Positions 18,614 through 28,429 of a DNA stretch of 64,000 bases are shown here, piece by piece. The position numbers and the translations under genes were made by a program. The notes under the pieces are model-generated. The model ran no database searches and was not told the origin of the DNA. It saw nothing but the letters and a program-made list of their open reading frames with translations. Numbering within the stretch: position 1 is the stretch's first letter; every line of letters starts with the position of its first letter. Origin of the DNA: a virus; IMG/VR virus record IMGVR_UViG_3300025141_000031; one strand, given 5' to 3'.

Positions 18614-19141
18614 CTATTGTGATAATTCTTTTAATCGATTTGCAATCCTTGTCATTCTTTCATTTATCTTTGCAAATCTATTTCCGGTTGATTTCCAAAA
18701 ATGGTTTGATTGAACTCCCATTTCTGTCTTTAACCTTAAATTGTTATTTACTATCTTTTCCATTAATCCTAACATTTTATTAACTTCGGCTATTCCTCTG
18801 TTAACTTTTTGTTGTGGTGTTGATGTTGGATCTTTTTTATAGTCTCTATATGATGTTTCATTTATTACACCTGTTTCATGAATCATTGTCATCATTTTTT
18901 TATATAATGAATCTTTTACTAATTCGAAATCAGTTGCAGTAGTTGCATTATCTTTTTGTTTCTTTTTACCTTTCTTATCATCATCATGAAAAGCATATGG
19001 AGTTTTAACAGGTCCTTCACCGCCATCTATATTACCAGTTGCAGTTGCTTCACCTAATTCTTCTTCATTGTGTTCATATCCAATTTCTTCAGAATCTTCC
19101 TCTTCCTTTAAGTATTTTTTAAATTTATCTAGATATTTCAT
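18614..19141 (-). CDS. Hypothetical protein, putative prohead core/internal protein
   Basis: MKYLDKFKKYLKEEE propeptide-like start; LGE-ATATG...KTPYAF. Confidence 0.6.
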   Translation of the reverse strand: MKYLDKFKKYLKEEEDSEEIGYEHNEEELGEATATGNIDGGEGPVKTPYAFHDDDKKGKKKQKDNATTATDFELVKDSLYKKMMTMIHETGVINETSYRDYKKDPTSTPQQKVNRGIAEVNKMLGLMEKIVNNNLRLKTEMGVQSNHFWKSTGNRFAKINERMTRIANRLKELSQ

Positions 19142-19145
19142 TATT

Positions 19146-19457
19146 CTACTTTCTTAATAAATAAATTGTTGCACTCGATGCAGCGGTTATTTTAGAAACT
19201 GATATATCATATACTACACCTGCTGTTAAATTAGTGGCTGCTATAGAACCTCCACCAGGTTGATGTAATACTGCACTACCATGAGTCTTAACAATTACCG
19301 CATTCCATCTTTGATCATTAGAACCGGTATAATCAGTTTGGCCATCTGCAACCGTTGTAGATGCAAATGCTGAAAAGTTTCCTTTTGTATTATATTGGCT
19401 TCCTGAATCTTGGTAAGTTGCAAACCAGGTTTCTTTTTGTGATGGATTAGCACTCAT
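19146..19457 (-). CDS. Small beta-rich virion protein (decoration-like)
   Basis: Ser/Thr/Gly-rich beta strands with SGS/TGS motifs; SD GGAG. Confidence 0.55.
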   Translation of the reverse strand: MSANPSQKETWFATYQDSGSQYNTKGNFSAFASTTVADGQTDYTGSNDQRWNAVIVKTHGSAVLHQPGGGSIAATNLTAGVVYDISVSKITAASSATIYLLRK

Positions 19458-20329
19458 TATTTAGTCTCCACATTTTTAAGTTCTTTAATCAATTCATAAT
19501 AACGTAACATAGTCAATACATCTTTATCTTTAACTGAAGGTGCATTACCTATTTTTGTTAACATACTATTTACTTCATTTAACTTAATTTTAACTATTTT
19601 GGAACCAACTCTTATAGCTGATCGTTTTAGTTCTTTTTGGATAACTGGAATTTCTTTTTGGATAAATTCTTTTAATGCAACTGTATTTGTTACATTATTA
19701 ATATATTCACGTAGTATATTCTTTTGACGTTGATTAAGACCATTATATTTATCATTAAATTTATCAATTAACATTTTATATGATAATAATCTTACATCTT
19801 TAGGTTGAACTGCGTAATGATCTTTTACAACAGTACCTTCCTTTTTCTTAATAGGATTAGCTATCGTATTTCTTAATACATGTTCTACCAATGTTGCTTT
19901 TGATCTTACTATTTGAGCTGGATTATCAACTTCTGCATATTCAAATAATTTATATGCTGCCGCCATTATATTATAATTTGATACTCTAGCTTTAAAGAAA
20001 TTATCAACTATAAATTGATCGTTAATTTCTTTAATAAGATTATATTTTTGTCTACGTAATATGTTTAAGTTTAAAGATTTACGAGCAGTAATACATGCTT
20101 GTAAAAACTTTTGCGCAGAAGTTTCTGTTTTGAACTCCTCTTCTTGGAGTGTTCTATATAATTGTAGTTCTTTTCCTAGTTCAGTTCCTGATTTGAAATG
20201 CTTTTTTATGATAGGTAAGGCTCTTGTTTTACGTCCATGCATTGTATCAGCCGCAACTTGTCTTACTAGCATCTCGAAAAGAATACCTGTATTTTTAAAC
20301 TTTGAATGCTTAATTTTTTTCATTGACAT
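19457..20329 (-). CDS. Helical head-cluster protein
   Basis: KHSKFKNTGILFE.LVRQ N-terminus; directly after the portal gene with its own late motif. Confidence 0.7.
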   Translation of the reverse strand: MSMKKIKHSKFKNTGILFEMLVRQVAADTMHGRKTRALPIIKKHFKSGTELGKELQLYRTLQEEEFKTETSAQKFLQACITARKSLNLNILRRQKYNLIKEINDQFIVDNFFKARVSNYNIMAAAYKLFEYAEVDNPAQIVRSKATLVEHVLRNTIANPIKKKEGTVVKDHYAVQPKDVRLLSYKMLIDKFNDKYNGLNQRQKNILREYINNVTNTVALKEFIQKEIPVIQKELKRSAIRVGSKIVKIKLNEVNSMLTKIGNAPSVKDKDVLTMLRYYELIKELKNVETK

Positions 20330-20384
20330 ACTGTCCCGTTTGTTCGCTTTATTTTTAAATAAATATAGAGTAATTAAAGTTTCA

Positions 20385-22271
20385 CTACGCTTTTTCTTCT
20401 TGAATCAGTACATCTTCATCTAACATTGTTCCTTTATCTGGGTCTTCTTTTTTCTTTGAAAGACTTTCGGTTAGAACTTTTGATGACTTTTGTTTCTGAG
20501 ATAAGAATGATGCAAAGGCTTTTGCTTCTGTGCTTAGTGGAGAACCTCCTCTGTACTTATGTTGTAATGGTGATTTATCAGGCGTACCAGATTTTGATAT
20601 CTCTTTATCTCCTAATGCGTCTCTACCGTAGTCTGATTTTGATCGGCCCCAAGCTCCATATTCTTTTGGACGACCAGGACCTGCTACTGGATTATCAGCT
20701 CCTTCATCTTGTTGTCCTGGAATTTCCAGATCTCCTTGCATATGCATTGCAGCTATATCATGAGGTGTTCCAAAGGACTGATTTGTCTTTTGTGGGTCGT
20801 TTCCTTCTGATTTAATCTGTTCTTTTCTGAATTCTTCTTTGAGATCTTCTATTACTTGCAATTGTTCTTCCTTCCATTCATTATGACTCATTCCAAATAC
20901 ATTTTCATAAACATATTTCTCAGAGAACATTCCTGATTCTTTGAAGTTTGAAACTAATCCTAACTTCTCATTTAACAATTCTACTTTTTGTTTTTCATAA
21001 ACAATTGATGGATTAGTTAATTGTAATTCAAAGTTAATTAAATCTGCATCTGTGTATCCTTGTGTATATAAATGTACGATTGCAATCTTAGTTAATTCAG
21101 ATGTAAATATCTTTTGTATTCTTTCTATTGTTCTTGCAAATCTAATATCTTCTGCAGCTAATGTTGCTTTACCTTCAACACCTTCATCATACCCTAAAAA
21201 TGCTTTTGGAATTCTTAAAGCAGCATGCATTTTATTTCTTAAATATTCAATATCTTCTACATGGCCTTCATTACTAGTACCAGGTAAAGATTCAATATTA
21301 GTTCCTGATTCACCACCTCTTACTGGTAAGTAATAATCTTCTAACATATTTTGTAGATTAAATTTAAGATTATAATCACCAGTTGTTTCATCCATATAAG
21401 GAACTTTTTTCATTTTGTTCATTATTTGTTGCATATGCGAATCAACTTCACCTGGTGGTATATTTCCTACATCTATTTTAAATATTCTTCTTTCAGGAGC
21501 TCGCATGATACGATGTAATAACATTGCATCTTCCATTAACATTAATTGTTTAAATATTTTCCTTGCACCTTCACACATTGATTTACCGTACGGTAAAAAG
21601 TTTGTGTCTGACAACAATCTAAAATGTGCTATTTCAAATGGGTCGTATTCTGTTTGAGAATTTCCACCAACGCCTCCTACATTACTCATTCCTTCATGAT
21701 AAAATTTAACAGCATATGGATTTTTTTCATCAAACATTTCTTCACGTCTCATTTCATATGCAGATAATGGAACTACATTTACAATACCAATTTCTTCATC
21801 AATATCTAAATGTAAATAAAAATCTCCGTACTTACATGCATTTCTTATCCATGGCCATAAATTATATTCAATATTTAATACATCATAGAATAAATTTCTT
21901 AAGATCTTTCTTATATTATCATCTTGTGATTTAATTGTAAGCGTATCTCCATCTGCATCTTTTACTGTAGATTCATCTGCGTATATATCTAATGCAGAAG
22001 AAATAATTGGGTCCATATCCATACCTTCATAATCTGTATAAAGTTCAACTCTGTTTTGATGGTAATTTGCTGTATTATTATATGTGCTCCAGCCTGGATT
22101 TCTTGTATGTATTCCTGAGAACCTGTCGATATATTTTGTTTGCTTCATGTTCCCAAGCGATTGTAACTTATTTGAATCTACAACTTGTAGTCTCTTCTTA
22201 CCAATTCTACGAACTATTACGTTTGTTGAAAAGAGCCTTCTTAGTCTAGATCTTAATGATTTGTTTGCCAT
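20385..22271 (-). CDS. gp20: Portal protein (T4 gp20-like)
   Basis: LMEDAMLLHRIMRAPERRIFKIDVGN; LEDYYLPVRGG; DIEYL...L.IPK; EDIRF.R.I.R.Q. Confidence 0.97.
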   Translation of the reverse strand: MANKSLRSRLRRLFSTNVIVRRIGKKRLQVVDSNKLQSLGNMKQTKYIDRFSGIHTRNPGWSTYNNTANYHQNRVELYTDYEGMDMDPIISSALDIYADESTVKDADGDTLTIKSQDDNIRKILRNLFYDVLNIEYNLWPWIRNACKYGDFYLHLDIDEEIGIVNVVPLSAYEMRREEMFDEKNPYAVKFYHEGMSNVGGVGGNSQTEYDPFEIAHFRLLSDTNFLPYGKSMCEGARKIFKQLMLMEDAMLLHRIMRAPERRIFKIDVGNIPPGEVDSHMQQIMNKMKKVPYMDETTGDYNLKFNLQNMLEDYYLPVRGGESGTNIESLPGTSNEGHVEDIEYLRNKMHAALRIPKAFLGYDEGVEGKATLAAEDIRFARTIERIQKIFTSELTKIAIVHLYTQGYTDADLINFELQLTNPSIVYEKQKVELLNEKLGLVSNFKESGMFSEKYVYENVFGMSHNEWKEEQLQVIEDLKEEFRKEQIKSEGNDPQKTNQSFGTPHDIAAMHMQGDLEIPGQQDEGADNPVAGPGRPKEYGAWGRSKSDYGRDALGDKEISKSGTPDKSPLQHKYRGGSPLSTEAKAFASFLSQKQKSSKVLTESLSKKKEDPDKGTMLDEDVLIQEEKA

Positions 22272-22302
22272 AATATTCTACTTTTATATAAATATGTTTG
22301 TA

Positions 22303-23886
22303 TTATAAAAGCCAGGTTAAATCGTCGTTGTCTTTGTCTCCGGAGTTCCAATCCCAACCTGTACCTTTTAAATCTGTTTTGGTTGTATATAATCCTGCGT
22401 CTGTTTTTCCTATACCTCCTAATGATTTTCTATTTAAATCCATTCCTTGTTGTTGTAATCTTAACGCAGTATCTCGCATCCATAATCCTGTTGCAAATGA
22501 TATTACTAAATCATCGTTATATCCTCTAGAAGCTTCTGCTCTATGTCCTAACCAAATAAATGTAAATAATTCATCTATTAATCGTTTACTATGTACTATT
22601 GGAGTTTTATCTCTAAAATATGTTTCTAGTTTAGATATTACTAATGGACGTGTTCTAGATGTCATTGAAAATCCAGGAACTTTTTGTGATTTTTTCTTTA
22701 AATCATAATTTTTCTTTAAGTGTATCTCTTCATCCAAGTATCCGTCTTGTTTATAAGAATAGTATATATTTGGATATCCTTTATCTAACGCTACTTGTAT
22801 TGATGCCCATCCTATATTAGCATTTTCAACTACTAGTAACGCATTATTATATTCTGTAGCAACTGCTATTAACATATTACCATATTCGGTAGTTCCTATC
22901 TTACCTTTATATTCTGCAACTTGTTTACATTGTTCTGTATCAAATACGTGAAATGCGGAATAATCTGTTGAATCTCCTCTTGCGACATCAGCTACTACCA
23001 TATAATTCTTTGAGTAATTTGGATATTCCCAAATCCAGTAATTACCATCAAATCCTCTTTTTTCTATTGGTTCTTTTACATATGTTTGTTCATACCATTG
23101 TAATATCTCACCATCTACTACTGTATGACCTGAACTAATAAAATCGCAATCACATTCTTGCGCTGCCATTTTTTCACCTAATAATTCTGTTTGTTTAGCT
23201 CTCCATTTATCATCTCTATCTGGATGTACTGTCCAATGAAGTTTTATATTATTAAATTCTCCGCCAGCGGTTGCTTCTACCCATTGTTTATGGAACCAAT
23301 TTCCAACACCATTAGGAGTTGATAATGCAATACAATCACCACCTGTTGCTAGTGTTTGTTGAGCGGCTGTCCAAATTTCATCAATTTTATCAATAAATGC
23401 TGCTTCATCAAATATCAATAATGATAAGGCCTCAGATCTACCCGCATCACCTTTAGATGATATAGCTTTAACCTGTGAACCATTTGTTAATCTTAATGAT
23501 AATTTGTTATCTTCTAATACTGAACCACTTAACCATTTAGGTAAATTTTCATGCATTACTCTAACTTTAGTTACAAGATTTTTTGCAACATCTTGTTTAG
23601 TTGCAATAACCAAAGCATTAAAATCAGAATGGAATAACATTTTCCATAAAGTATACCCAGCTGTTAATGTTGAAATACCTAACTGTCTAGATTTAAGAAT
23701 AATGTTATATCTATTTTGTGATATCTGTGTTAATGAATCTTCTTGGAATGGGTATAAATTAAAGTATATCTTTCCTTGAGTTGGATGTTGAATTATACAG
23801 TATTTACGCATAAAGTGTATAGGATCTTGTACACACTTCTTATATTCATCGTGTATGATTTCTTTTAATGTTTTCTTAACTGACAT
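22303..23886 (-). CDS. terL: Terminase large subunit (T4 gp17-like)
   Basis: LKSRQLGIST Walker A, IFDEAAF Walker B, STPNG, ADVARG..DYS, DDLV nuclease motifs. Confidence 0.97.
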   Translation of the reverse strand: MSVKKTLKEIIHDEYKKCVQDPIHFMRKYCIIQHPTQGKIYFNLYPFQEDSLTQISQNRYNIILKSRQLGISTLTAGYTLWKMLFHSDFNALVIATKQDVAKNLVTKVRVMHENLPKWLSGSVLEDNKLSLRLTNGSQVKAISSKGDAGRSEALSLLIFDEAAFIDKIDEIWTAAQQTLATGGDCIALSTPNGVGNWFHKQWVEATAGGEFNNIKLHWTVHPDRDDKWRAKQTELLGEKMAAQECDCDFISSGHTVVDGEILQWYEQTYVKEPIEKRGFDGNYWIWEYPNYSKNYMVVADVARGDSTDYSAFHVFDTEQCKQVAEYKGKIGTTEYGNMLIAVATEYNNALLVVENANIGWASIQVALDKGYPNIYYSYKQDGYLDEEIHLKKNYDLKKKSQKVPGFSMTSRTRPLVISKLETYFRDKTPIVHSKRLIDELFTFIWLGHRAEASRGYNDDLVISFATGLWMRDTALRLQQQGMDLNRKSLGGIGKTDAGLYTTKTDLKGTGWDWNSGDKDNDDLTWLL

Positions 23887-23896
23887 ATTTTTATTT

Positions 23897-23927
23897 AATA
23901 TAAAGAAATTTTTGCAGAAAACCTAAT
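23897..23927 (-). promoter_or_regulatory. 31-nt class II promoter upstream of terL
   Basis: ATTAGGTTTTCTGCAAAAATTTCTTTATATT, 10 nt before the ATG. Confidence 0.7.
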
Positions 23928-23936
23928 AAAATACAA

Positions 23937-24353
23937 TTACTTTTTGTTTTTGGTATCTGGGGCTTTGACACGTTTTTCCATCGTTCTACCACCAAAATAA
24001 GCACCTATTACTGTAATAAGAACTAATTGTAATAAATCGGTCCATTTTTCTTCTACTACAAATTTAATTGTTCCGGCATCAATGAATATCATTAATACTG
24101 TAGATATAACTAAGAATGCTAATGTTAATGGTCTAATGTTCTTAGATAACCATGAGTCAGAGTTCATATCTGCTTGCCATCTAGAAGTTATTTCTTTTTC
24201 CATTTGGGTCTCATAGTTAGCTATTAATTCTTTAACCTTCTGTTCAGCAGCTAGCTTTTCTTCTTTAGAAGTATGTAAATCATCTATAACTCCACCTACT
24301 CCTTTAACCAATTCTGTAGCTCCGCCACTAAATATGTTTGTTAATATACTCAT
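23937..24353 (-). CDS. Holin (GTA/3TM holin-like)
   Basis: TSKEEK...RWQADM.SDSWLSKNIRPL, two hydrophobic helices, YFGGRT.EK. Confidence 0.75.
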   Translation of the reverse strand: MSILTNIFSGGATELVKGVGGVIDDLHTSKEEKLAAEQKVKELIANYETQMEKEITSRWQADMNSDSWLSKNIRPLTLAFLVISTVLMIFIDAGTIKFVVEEKWTDLLQLVLITVIGAYFGGRTMEKRVKAPDTKNKK

Positions 24354-25009
24354 AACTGTTCTCCTCTTTTAAGTCCGTTTAAAACGTTTTGTTTATAAAT
24401 ATTATACTCTTTCATTATAGTTTCATTGAATTCTTTATCAGACATTGCCTCTTCAAATGTTTCTATATCTCCATCAGCATTTTGTACATTCTTTAATTTT
24501 TGGGTTAACATTTTTCTTAATCCTTCTACATCACCATCTGCATCCTTAAAAAATGATTTTGCATTATCTAACATCTTTTGCTTACAATATACATCCCATG
24601 CTTCTTTATCATTTCTTAATTTAGTTTCAAATGTTACAACACAATCAAAACATTGTTTATGAGTTACCCAAAATTTCTTATTAAGGTTTGATTCTTTTTC
24701 GGACATGTTTTGTCCACATTCTGGACAATTATTTGGCATGGATAATTCTTTTTGTAGTTTACGTACCAAATATCCTGCTTCGGATTCTCTAGATTTGAAT
24801 CCATCGTGTTGAGTTACTCTTGTTCTTGTGCCAGATACTAAATCTGTTTCTATCCAAACTTTAGGTTTATCATTTTCATCTATCTCGATGATATCATCTT
24901 TATTTACTTTGGTTTTTGTATTTCCGTAGTAATGTGATTGTCGAGTTTGAGTTTTATGCGTACCTGACAACATATCTTGGATGGCCTTGACATTCTTTAG
25001 TTTGCTCAT
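24350..25009 (-). CDS. Zn-finger hypothetical protein
   Basis: CPECG...CFDC. Confidence 0.65.
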   Translation of the reverse strand: MSKLKNVKAIQDMLSGTHKTQTRQSHYYGNTKTKVNKDDIIEIDENDKPKVWIETDLVSGTRTRVTQHDGFKSRESEAGYLVRKLQKELSMPNNCPECGQNMSEKESNLNKKFWVTHKQCFDCVVTFETKLRNDKEAWDVYCKQKMLDNAKSFFKDADGDVEGLRKMLTQKLKNVQNADGDIETFEEAMSDKEFNETIMKEYNIYKQNVLNGLKRGEQL

Positions 25010-25027
25010 ATGTATAACCTTATTTAA

Positions 25028-25330
25028 TTAAACTTCTCTATCACCGCCTGTTTGTGCAGAACGTTTCATTCTTGCAAGTTGGCTTCTTAATTGTGATACC
25101 TTATTAACAGGTAATCCGACTAAATCAGCAAATTTTGCAATTGCTTGAGCTTTTTCAATATCCGTTTTTAACATATTTAGAAATCTAGATAATCCCTTTC
25201 TTTCCATATATTGAAAGATTCTAGATACTTTTTGACGCTCGCTTCCACCTAGTCCTGAACCATATGGCCCTTCTTTGAGCATTTTACGGATTTCTTTTCT
25301 TATCGCTTCTCGTAATAAATCTTCTTTCAT
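25028..25330 (-). CDS. Putative internal head protein
   Basis: LLREAIRKEIRKMLKE propeptide-like N-terminus; late motif and SD. Confidence 0.6.
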   Translation of the reverse strand: MKEDLLREAIRKEIRKMLKEGPYGSGLGGSERQKVSRIFQYMERKGLSRFLNMLKTDIEKAQAIAKFADLVGLPVNKVSQLRSQLARMKRSAQTGGDREV

Positions 25331-25360
25331 TGTTTTTCCCTTATTTTTTATATAAATATG

Positions 25361-27844
25361 CTACTTATCGCTTAGTCCGCCAATTCCAAGTAATTGATTG
25401 ATTGGAGCAAATAAACCTGTTAATTTATATGTTTTACCTTTATATACAAATACAATTCCTTCTGAAGGTACTAACTTTTCAAAACCTCCAAGGTCTTCTA
25501 TTCGCTTTAATTCGAATTTTAATTTCTCAAGTGACGCTAGGTCCTTAGATTTCTGGATGACTTTAATTTTTGTAGCTATTCTTCGTCTAATGTCATTTGT
25601 TGCATCTGTTGGAACTACTGATAAATAATCTGAAATATTATGCATAATTTCTACTCCTAACTCTAAAAATATCTTTTCGAAATTATATACATTATGTTTA
25701 TTTTGTTTTTGAAAATCTTGTTTATCAAACTCTTTTACCATTTTTAATATTTCTGGATCTGGAATGGTTTTTGTATTCATTCTAAATGATTTATCAAAAT
25801 ATGCCCATCTTTTCAACATTCCAAGTTTTATATCTTCTGTTGCATATGGAATTGCTTGTTCAATTTTTCCTTGCCACCATCTTTCATGCCACATTACTAA
25901 TTCATCGGAATCTTTTAATTGGAACTGGCTTTGTAATAAATTTACCTTATCAATAAAATATTTTTCTTTCTTTTCAAAATTAGGTAGTTTGCCAACTGTT
26001 AATATTTTTGGTGGTATAATTTCAAATTGTTTTTGTATATGAGCATTTACACTAGCAATTAATTTTTGTAGCAATGGAGCATATTCAGGGTATGAATCTA
26101 CTTTCGTTGCTAATTCTAAATTATATTCATCTACTCCATGAAATTGTATATAAGCTTTTGGACCGTACATTATAACGTTTTTAGTACCTGGATAAATGAT
26201 TTCTATGTTTAAGAATCTAGATCCGTTTTGGAATACTTCATTTAATTTATTTCTTGGTATTCTTAATAACGCCTTTTCTAAATCTTGCATTGCGAACGAA
26301 AAAGCTTTTTCTATTTCACCTCTGCCAGCAAATTTCATTTTAACTGCATTGATATCCATTGGATTCTTAATAGTAGTTTTATTTCTTGCTGCTCCAACTT
26401 TTCCATCTTTGAATGTAATAGCTAATGCTTGTCCATCTGTTTTTTCTTGTACTCCAGATTCAAGATTTAATTTTCCTTCTAAAGACAATCTTATCATTTG
26501 TTTCATATCACCAAATGTAATATCCCTATCATCAAATGGATGATTCATATGACCTGCTGCTCCTCCTTCAGTTAATAACTGAATAGCTAATGATTCTCCT
26601 AATGTTTTAGGTTTTGGTTCTTGTGGAATAATTCTCATTCTCATAGACGATCTACCATTAATTAATAAGTCACCTTTTTCGTTCCAGCTTATTGTTTTTA
26701 CAACTACTTTCTTATTCTTAAATCTTCCCATTAATACAGTATCACCTATATTAATCGGTAAATTAATATCTTCTTTTAATGTTGTTGGTTTCATTACTTC
26801 TCCTTTACTAGACTCAATCGAATCTTCTGCTCCTAGAAAATCTAGAAATTTATATCCTACTGAATTAGCTATTTTTGTAATATACTTTTTCCATATTTTA
26901 TATGCAGGATTTCCTTTATAATCTTTCATATAATCAGTACCTGCAGGATCTCCTCCTTTAACACCTGTTGGAAAATATGATACTGTTAATGGCGGACCGT
27001 CTGGAAATTTTGTATTATGTATTTCAAGTGGATTATCTTTTAATATATAATTAACTACATAATATCCCAATCGTTTGGCCATTTCATCATTTTTCTTTCT
27101 ATATGTAGCTTGATTACCATAAAAATATCTTGGTCCGTCATCTACATCTGCTTTACCTTGTGCACTAGCCGAACTTGCTTCTGTTAAATAATCTTTTATG
27201 TTTATTGTAGTTAAAAATTCTTCTATTTGTTCTGATAATTTTTGTTTTACTAGATTGAATATTTTTGGGTCGAACCAACCAAATATTTCTTTAAATGTAT
27301 TTTGATCTCCTGTAGCTAATGCTGCTCTTATAGTTGTTCCCGACATCTCCCCAAATCCTTTAACCTTAAGGCTAATATGCGGTGATATAACGAAGTATCC
27401 ATGCTTACCATAACCAAGTAAATTACTTTTAGACTTTGAATATTCTTGGAAGTATCCAGGAGTACCATCTTTCTTTATTGTCTTTAATCTTCCTGCATCT
27501 TTTTTCCCATATACAAATACTACTGCAGTGGTTTCTGGGTCATATTTTTTTAATATATTTTCTGGTGCATATACATTTTTTTCCTGAACTATATTTTTAA
27601 TACCGTGTTTAAGTATGATACTTCGTTTCTCACGAAAATTAAATGGAGATTGAGGTGGATCTACTTTATTAGATGTAGCTATATATGTATTGGTTTTACC
27701 AAATTGGTTTGCAAGCCAATCATATACTTCTGCATGATGTTTACCCATTGGTTGAAATCTACCTGGATATATTGCCACTACTGTTTTGATAGGAGAATTT
27801 GCTTCTGCTATTAAATCTTCTACTATTTGTTCACCTAAATTCAT
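25361..27844 (-). CDS. Multidomain protein: HIGH-type nucleotidyltransferase + middle domains + ATP-dependent ligase-like (KxDG) domain
   Basis: YPGRFQPMGKHH and MSGTTIR in the N-domain; GHMNHPFD, EKTDG, EII, EGIVF, YKLTG in the C-domain. Confidence 0.7.
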   Translation of the reverse strand: MNLGEQIVEDLIAEANSPIKTVVAIYPGRFQPMGKHHAEVYDWLANQFGKTNTYIATSNKVDPPQSPFNFREKRSIILKHGIKNIVQEKNVYAPENILKKYDPETTAVVFVYGKKDAGRLKTIKKDGTPGYFQEYSKSKSNLLGYGKHGYFVISPHISLKVKGFGEMSGTTIRAALATGDQNTFKEIFGWFDPKIFNLVKQKLSEQIEEFLTTINIKDYLTEASSASAQGKADVDDGPRYFYGNQATYRKKNDEMAKRLGYYVVNYILKDNPLEIHNTKFPDGPPLTVSYFPTGVKGGDPAGTDYMKDYKGNPAYKIWKKYITKIANSVGYKFLDFLGAEDSIESSKGEVMKPTTLKEDINLPINIGDTVLMGRFKNKKVVVKTISWNEKGDLLINGRSSMRMRIIPQEPKPKTLGESLAIQLLTEGGAAGHMNHPFDDRDITFGDMKQMIRLSLEGKLNLESGVQEKTDGQALAITFKDGKVGAARNKTTIKNPMDINAVKMKFAGRGEIEKAFSFAMQDLEKALLRIPRNKLNEVFQNGSRFLNIEIIYPGTKNVIMYGPKAYIQFHGVDEYNLELATKVDSYPEYAPLLQKLIASVNAHIQKQFEIIPPKILTVGKLPNFEKKEKYFIDKVNLLQSQFQLKDSDELVMWHERWWQGKIEQAIPYATEDIKLGMLKRWAYFDKSFRMNTKTIPDPEILKMVKEFDKQDFQKQNKHNVYNFEKIFLELGVEIMHNISDYLSVVPTDATNDIRRRIATKIKVIQKSKDLASLEKLKFELKRIEDLGGFEKLVPSEGIVFVYKGKTYKLTGLFAPINQLLGIGGLSDK

Positions 27845-28119
27845 TTTGCTAACATTATATCTAATCGATTTTTATTACCACCATAAAAACTATCAACAGT
27901 TGAATTATCATCTAAATTTTGTAAATGAAACCAAGGGGTTCCATAAAAAGAGCCAGTTGGTGTACTTTCCCACCCTATGCCAGGATTAGGGTTTCTTACT
28001 AATGTAACCTCTTCAAATTGCCAATTATTTGAAGCAGCGGATGCAGAAGGATATGTTCCTAAATCATCACAAGGAGGGCATTTTTCTTCTGTATATACTG
28101 TTAATTTATAATTACTCAT
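27841..28119 (-). CDS. Thioredoxin/glutaredoxin-like protein
   Basis: YTEEKCPPC active site and GTP cis-Pro loop. Confidence 0.7.
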   Translation of the reverse strand: MSNYKLTVYTEEKCPPCDDLGTYPSASAASNNWQFEEVTLVRNPNPGIGWESTPTGSFYGTPWFHLQNLDDNSTVDSFYGGNKNRLDIMLAK

Positions 28120-28144
28120 ATTTTATTTTTCTTTTATATAAATA

Positions 28145-28420
28145 TCATACTATTGGTAATGAACCAGTCGTTACTGATGACCAAGTTGGTTCTACTAACC
28201 AACTACCATCATCATTGCAATATTTTGATGAACTAGCTACACATTTAAATATTGATACATCATCTAATATATTTTCATATTCTATATTACAATATACCAA
28301 ATTATCAATTCCACAAGAACTTGTTGAATGAAAAGATGCTGTGAAATTTGGACTTGTATTTACTGCATTAGTTATATTACTAATATCACTTCCACTTACT
28401 ATAAATCTATTTATTACCAT
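28145..28420 (-). CDS. Small Cys/Ser-rich fibre-associated protein
   Basis: Clean ORF in the fibre operon; SGS/TGS motifs. Confidence 0.5.
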   Translation of the reverse strand: MVINRFIVSGSDISNITNAVNTSPNFTASFHSTSSCGIDNLVYCNIEYENILDDVSIFKCVASSSKYCNDDGSWLVEPTWSSVTTGSLPIV

Positions 28421-28429
28421 AATTTTTCT

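Noticed and set aside
24350-25009. Possible small terminase near terL
   Set aside because: No recognisable TerS motif; left as a Zn-finger hypothetical protein.
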